The notes under the pieces are model-generated. The model was not told the DNA's origin, did no database searches, and saw only the letters and a list, made by a program, of their open reading frames with translations. Source: Spirulina sp. (GTDB lineage Bacteria > Cyanobacteriota > Cyanobacteriia > Phormidesmidales > Phormidesmidaceae). From it: 64,000 nucleotides of DNA. Positions 59,122 through 64,000 of the stretch are shown here, in pieces. Made by a program: the position numbers and the translations under genes. Position 1 is the first letter of the stretch, and each line of letters opens with the position of its first letter. Location of the stretch: NCBI GenBank assembly GCA_044070495.1, contig JBIPSI010000006.1, positions 1-64,000 of the forward strand, in the 5' to 3' direction.

Positions 59122-60147
59122 TTAGCTTCCCTTCATCGCCTGTTTCTTTTCTTTTTTCAAATCTCGCTGACCCACGGCGGCCAGTTCAGCATCCATCAGG
59201 GTGCGGCCCGTGGCGGCTAAGTACACGTCATCTAGGCTGGGTCGCGATTGAGAAATTCCAAAAATCGGCAAACCTGCCTTTTCCATGGTGGTTTGGACTG
59301 CCGTCAGCGCCCCAGGATCCCGTTCTACAACTAAATTCAAGGAATTGCCCTGGGCGGCATTGAGGATCACCCCCTGGACAAAGGGTAGATCCAGCAGCAG
59401 AGCCTTGACCTGCTCGGCCTCGTCATCGGGGGTAAACTCGCGTACCCGCAGGGTAATGCGATCTCCGCCCAGCCTGTCTTTCAGATCGCTCGGGGATCCC
59501 GACGCAATCACCTGACCCTGGTCAATGATGGCCACCCGATCCGCCAAGGCGTCTACTTCTTCGAGGTAATGGCTGGTGATCAGCACCGTGGTGCCCGCAG
59601 CTCGCAATTGGCGTAGAAAGTCCCACACCGCCGAGCGGGTTTCAATGTCCAGGCCCACAGTGGGTTCATCCAACACCAACACATCGGGCTGATGCAGCAG
59701 CCCCAGGGCCAAATCCAGCCGTTTACGCAGACCGCCGGAGTAGGTGCCCGTCTTGCGGTCGGCCCAGTCCCCCAGTTCTAGCAGGGCAATCATTTGGTCA
59801 ATGCGCTGGCGGGCAATGGCCTTGGGCATGTGGTACAAATCCGCTTGCAGTTGCAGCAGTTCCCGCCCGGTCAACACCTTATCCAGGGCAATTTCCTGGG
59901 CAATATAGCCCAACCGCTGGCGCACCCGTCGGGGTTGATCTACCACCGGAATGCCCATCACCTCTAGCCGTCCTTCGTCGGGGCTGGCCAGGGTGCAGAG
60001 GCAGCGAATGGTGGTGGTTTTACCGGCCCCATTGGGCCCCAGCAGCCCAAAAATCTCCCCTGGTTGGATGTTTAAGGACACACCCCGCACCGCCTGCACG
60101 GAACCGTAGGATTTTTTCAGATTTTCAATGGTAACAGCGGCATCCAT
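59122..60147 (-). CDS. DrrA-family ABC transporter ATP-binding protein
   Basis: GPNGAGKT, YSGG, LDEPTVGLD, TSHYLEE. Confidence 0.95.
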   Translation of the reverse strand: MDAAVTIENLKKSYGSVQAVRGVSLNIQPGEIFGLLGPNGAGKTTTIRCLCTLASPDEGRLEVMGIPVVDQPRRVRQRLGYIAQEIALDKVLTGRELLQLQADLYHMPKAIARQRIDQMIALLELGDWADRKTGTYSGGLRKRLDLALGLLHQPDVLVLDEPTVGLDIETRSAVWDFLRQLRAAGTTVLITSHYLEEVDALADRVAIIDQGQVIASGSPSDLKDRLGGDRITLRVREFTPDDEAEQVKALLLDLPFVQGVILNAAQGNSLNLVVERDPGALTAVQTTMEKAGLPIFGISQSRPSLDDVYLAATGRTLMDAELAAVGQRDLKKEKKQAMKGS

Positions 60148-60498
60148 GTCGCCTATCTAGCCCCAGAAACATCCGTTGATTAAACGCATTGGCCATAGGC
60201 CGTTTGTCATAACAGGTCGTTTGTAACAATCCGTTGATAACCGTAAATTCATTGTACAGAACTCACCGACTACAGGCAGGAATCCCCAGGTTGATTAGAC
60301 GTAACTTTGAATCTGTACCCAGAATTTTATGGCGGGAGGGTTGGGCGAAAACGATACGGAAACGCCGATCCAGGGGCGAATAGAGTTTGAGGTGAACCGC
60401 TGCTTGGCTGTATCGGGAGCAGGCCCATGGCCGAGTCTACCCATCATTCCAAGGATGGTAGTTCCCTAAGGTGTCCTAGTCACTCATCTATTACTGCC

Positions 60499-61050
60499 AT
60501 GGGGTTTAAATTTGTCCTAGCGATCAGCCTATCCCTACTGACCTCTGTGCCTGTGGCTCCAGCGGCCAATCGAATCGGTCTAGCCGCTGAAGCCACAGGT
60601 CAGAACAGCGATATCGCGATCACCAAGGGGATATCCACCACCCCGCGATTCACCGTCGCCTATCCCGACCACTGGTTCGAGTACTCCAATAACCAGCGAG
60701 ACTACGTCATTATCTACAACCAACGACCTACGGAGGCCTACAGCGAAACAGCCCCGCCCTACCTGATCAAGACCGACCTATCTATCCAAAACACCTCCCT
60801 CCGCGATGCTCTTCAGATGTACCGAGACGAGCCTGGTCGCGCCCGACGCATTGAAGAGGTGACCATCAATGGACGACTGGGGGTGCGGGTGTGGGAAGAC
60901 AGCCAGGGCTGGGCCTTTCCTAACGTCCTGATCACCTATATCCCGCTGGACGACAGGGAAGTGCTTACCATCGCCAGCTACTACAGCCGTCAGAATCAAG
61001 ACGCCGAGGCTGCCATCCTGCGGGTGCACGACTCCGTTCAGTTGAGATAG
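60499..61050 (+). CDS. secreted hypothetical protein (possibly PsbP/Mog1-like fold)
   Basis: Signal peptide; FTVAYPDHW...VTING..G...DSV pattern. Confidence 0.6.
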   Translation: MGFKFVLAISLSLLTSVPVAPAANRIGLAAEATGQNSDIAITKGISTTPRFTVAYPDHWFEYSNNQRDYVIIYNQRPTEAYSETAPPYLIKTDLSIQNTSLRDALQMYRDEPGRARRIEEVTINGRLGVRVWEDSQGWAFPNVLITYIPLDDREVLTIASYYSRQNQDAEAAILRVHDSVQLR

Positions 61051-61054
61051 GGCT

Positions 61055-62044
61055 CTAGGGAAGCAGGCTCACCAAGGAAGCCAATTGACTCCCTAGGTGT
61101 CCCGAAAGCTGTGCTGTCCAACCCTGGGTGATGGGCCAGCTATCCACCACCATCCCCGCCGACAGCAGCATCATATAGAGGATGGAGTACTTGAATAGCC
61201 CCTTGGCCAAATCCCGGTCGCTGGGGGCTTTCAGCAAGGCCCAGGCCTTCTGCATAAACTTGGCCCCCAGCCCCAGCGCCACCACGGCATAGACTGCCCC
61301 CGTCGCCCCCAGGGGATAGCTCATCATCAGGGTGAGGGGAACCAGAACCAGGGTGTAGTACCAAATTTGGCGGGCGGTGGCTTCGTCGCCCACAATCACG
61401 GGCATCATCGGCACGTTGACCTTCGCGTAGTCGTCCTGGATCAGCAGGGCTAGTCCCCAAAAGTGGGGAGGCGTCCAGATAAACACAATGAAGAAGAACA
61501 ACCAGGCGGCAAGGCTTAGGTCTCCCGTCACGGCGGCCCAACCCACCAGGGGTGGAATGGCTCCAGCAGCTCCCCCAATCACAATATTCTGGGGCGAAGA
61601 CCGCTTCAGCCAAGTGGTGTAGACCCCTACGTAGATAGCGATCCCCACCATGGCCAGAAGGGCGCTGAGCAGGTTGGCCACCCAAGTCTGCAACCCAAAG
61701 GACAGAGCCGCGAGGATGCCTGCAAACACCAGGGCATCCCGCACCTGAATCCGCCCGGAGGGAATGGGGCGATGGCGGGTGCGCTCCATATCAAAATCAA
61801 TGTCTCGGTCGTAGACGCAGTTAATGGTCTGGGCAGAGGCCGCCGCCAGGGTGCCGCTTAGCAGCGTTACCAGCACCAGCACCGGATCAACCTGGCCCTG
61901 GCCTGCCACCCACATTGCCGCCGCCGTTTCAATCAGCAGCAGAGGAATAATCCGGGGCTTGGTGAGCTGCACATAACTGCGGATAACGGATCCAATGGAA
62001 TCGTGATGCCGGGTGGCCTCGTTCCAAGTCGTCGTTTGATTCAT
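61055..62044 (-). CDS. ctaB: protoheme IX farnesyltransferase (heme O synthase)
   Basis: LTKPRI, DRDID..MERT..RPIP, NIVIGG, WTPPHFW. Confidence 0.95.
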   Translation of the reverse strand: MNQTTTWNEATRHHDSIGSVIRSYVQLTKPRIIPLLLIETAAAMWVAGQGQVDPVLVLVTLLSGTLAAASAQTINCVYDRDIDFDMERTRHRPIPSGRIQVRDALVFAGILAALSFGLQTWVANLLSALLAMVGIAIYVGVYTTWLKRSSPQNIVIGGAAGAIPPLVGWAAVTGDLSLAAWLFFFIVFIWTPPHFWGLALLIQDDYAKVNVPMMPVIVGDEATARQIWYYTLVLVPLTLMMSYPLGATGAVYAVVALGLGAKFMQKAWALLKAPSDRDLAKGLFKYSILYMMLLSAGMVVDSWPITQGWTAQLSGHLGSQLASLVSLLP

Positions 62045-62149
62045 GCGGAGGAAGTCCTTCCTTAGGGGTTTGGGGCTAGTCGAGGAGTAGGGCTAATCAG
62101 GTCTAGTTAGAATGGGATCCTTCCAGAATGGAGAGACTTCAGGGAGACC

Positions 62150-63136
62150 CTAGGCGGGGCCGGTGGGCGGGGTGGGGGCTGAGGTTTCCCACATCCGCCC
62201 CAAGAACAATTCCCGCAGGGCCAGGGTGGTAAAGCAGACCAGGGTGCCCAGCAGAGCAGCCCCTAGGGTGTGGTGAATCACCGTCAGGGTTTCCACTTGT
62301 AGGTGGAGGCGGAAAGTCGTAATCCCCATCACCAGTTGAAACACCAGCAGAACACTGGCCAGGTTACCTAACTGCCGCAGGGGATAGCTGAGCGCTGGGG
62401 TACGCCAGACCGCCTGAGTCAGGGCCAGCACCGCCACGGTGGACGGAAGAACACCCAGCAGGTGGCTGTTCATCACCTGGCAGAGTTCCCCCAAACCAAA
62501 GCACTGGTGAGCCGCCCAACGAGACCCCACCAGACCTCCCAGCAAGCACTGACCATAGACCAGTAGTGTGGCTCCCAAGCCCAGCCAGGGCAACCGTCCC
62601 ACTGTCCCCGTTGGGGTGCAGGGCAGTAAACTGGTGCCGATGATCAGCATGGTGCTAAAAAATAGGAGCGCCGTGCCGAGGTGGGCGGTGACAATGTCAA
62701 ACCGCAGCAGTTGAGTCACCGTCAGCCCTCCGAGCACACCCTGGAAGCCAATCAGAGCCAGCGCCCCCACCGTTGCCCAGAGCAACCATCCCGGCACCTG
62801 TCGCCGATACCACCCACTGAGGGCCACCAGCCACAGCGTACTAAGGCCAATCAGGGCCGCATCCAGCCGATGGAACCATTCCAAAAACACCTGAAGATTC
62901 ATCTGGCTTTGGGGCACCAGTTGGCCATAGCACAGGGGCCAATCGGGACAGGCCAAGCCCGCATTCATCACTCTAGTAGCGCTGCCCACCGCCATCAGAG
63001 CTAAGGTGGCCAGGGCAATTTTCCACACCAGCCGCCGAATTCGATCGGTCGGTTCCGCCGAGGTAGCCCGTCGCCAGCCAGGAAAGTGGCCATGCACTCC
63101 TGGAACGGAGGAAAAGGAAGAAAGGTTGGTTGCCAT
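62150..63136 (-). CDS. ctaA: heme A synthase (COX15/CtaA)
   Basis: AGLACPDWPLC, EWFHR, TAHL, conserved His residues. Start is probably ATG 63136. Confidence 0.92.
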   Translation of the reverse strand: MATNLSSFSSVPGVHGHFPGWRRATSAEPTDRIRRLVWKIALATLALMAVGSATRVMNAGLACPDWPLCYGQLVPQSQMNLQVFLEWFHRLDAALIGLSTLWLVALSGWYRRQVPGWLLWATVGALALIGFQGVLGGLTVTQLLRFDIVTAHLGTALLFFSTMLIIGTSLLPCTPTGTVGRLPWLGLGATLLVYGQCLLGGLVGSRWAAHQCFGLGELCQVMNSHLLGVLPSTVAVLALTQAVWRTPALSYPLRQLGNLASVLLVFQLVMGITTFRLHLQVETLTVIHHTLGAALLGTLVCFTTLALRELFLGRMWETSAPTPPTGPA

Positions 63137-63630
63137 GGCGTTTGTCGATATTGATTTGAACAGACTTGTCTTAAATGAGAAAACTGAACCTACAGTCCTC
63201 ATGGTGAGGAGTCAAAATAGCGGTCTTAAGGTTGGATTCTCTTAAGATTTGCTTCATAGAGGTGAGAGTAAATACCTCAATCGTTGAACCCCACCGTTGG
63301 TCGCAATCTCGTCCCTCGTCTCACCGCCCTATCCATGCCTATGCCAACGCAGAACATTGATTGCTTATCACTGTAGAGAGGACAACTCAGAAATCAACCC
63401 AGCTTTAGGAATTTCTTCGGAATTCAAGACACCTCACCCCCGTCACCGGGGATTTTTTCCTCTCCTTGCTTAATAGTTCGTTACCTTTCGCGACATTCCG
63501 TATCTAGAGATACCGGCCCCCCTGCACCACTTAATTTCCCGCCCATCTAAGTGCATCTAAGCCGCCCCGGCTTCCCGCAACGGCCAAGGAAGATGCCAGA
63601 ATGACAGCGTTCTTTCTCTATCCGCCCCCC

Positions 63631-63972
63631 ATGTCCCAGGCCATCACCCTGAACCTTGCCGATGGATCCATCCAGTTCAGTTTTTCCGCCGCCGCCGCCC
63701 AAGCCCTCAAAACCGATCTGGACGCCCTAATCGGCCAAATGAAAGCCGCCAGTGCAGCCGGTTCCCCTCGCCGCACCCCCCTGCCCCCCACGGAACACCG
63801 CCACAGCGGTGACGTTTTCTTAGAAGTTTTTTGCAACCCCAATCTCTGGGCCAGTCCCTTCGCCGCCAAGGTACTAATCACCCTGCGCGACGACCGCATC
63901 CGCATCACCACCGAAACCGGTCTATCCCAACTCTACGACGACCTCACCACCTACCTCGACCAAGCCACCTAA
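63631..63972 (+). CDS. conserved cyanobacterial hypothetical protein
   Basis: GDVFLEVFCNPNLWASPFAAKVLITLRDDRIR; codon usage like neighbouring genes. Confidence 0.75.
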   Translation: MSQAITLNLADGSIQFSFSAAAAQALKTDLDALIGQMKAASAAGSPRRTPLPPTEHRHSGDVFLEVFCNPNLWASPFAAKVLITLRDDRIRITTETGLSQLYDDLTTYLDQAT

Positions 63973-64000
63973 TCGCCATCTGGGCCGCCTTCCCGTCAAT

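Overview
About 64 kb of chromosome from a GC-rich cyanobacterium, probably a Nodosilinea/Leptolyngbya-like filamentous strain. That assignment is inferred from ggpS, SphR, PEP-CTERM, DUF760 and heptamer STRR repeats, not from a database search. Most of the window is housekeeping and metabolism: map, mutY, frr/pyrH, pgm, ispE, rsmA, dxs, smpB, NDH-2, SRP RNA, gpsA-glpD-ggpS, glgX, ctaA/ctaB and an ABC-2 exporter, plus c-di-GMP and two-component genes. Accessory features include five toxin-antitoxin loci and several MITE/REP elements. Main observations: (1) a perfect 26-bp palindrome forms mirror-image extended -10 promoters between a HigBA-like TA module and the glucosylglycerol operon; (2) co-oriented TA cassettes at the left end are separated by attC-like sites, as in an integrase-less integron array; (3) an outer-membrane beta-barrel lies divergent from two FecR-domain proteins with proline-rich tails; (4) a bacterial CrtI-type phytoene desaturase is present; (5) HIP1 appears to be absent while CCTAGG is abundant; (6) there are nested MITEs and an internally deleted PIN toxin. 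All family calls come from motif recognition by eye.
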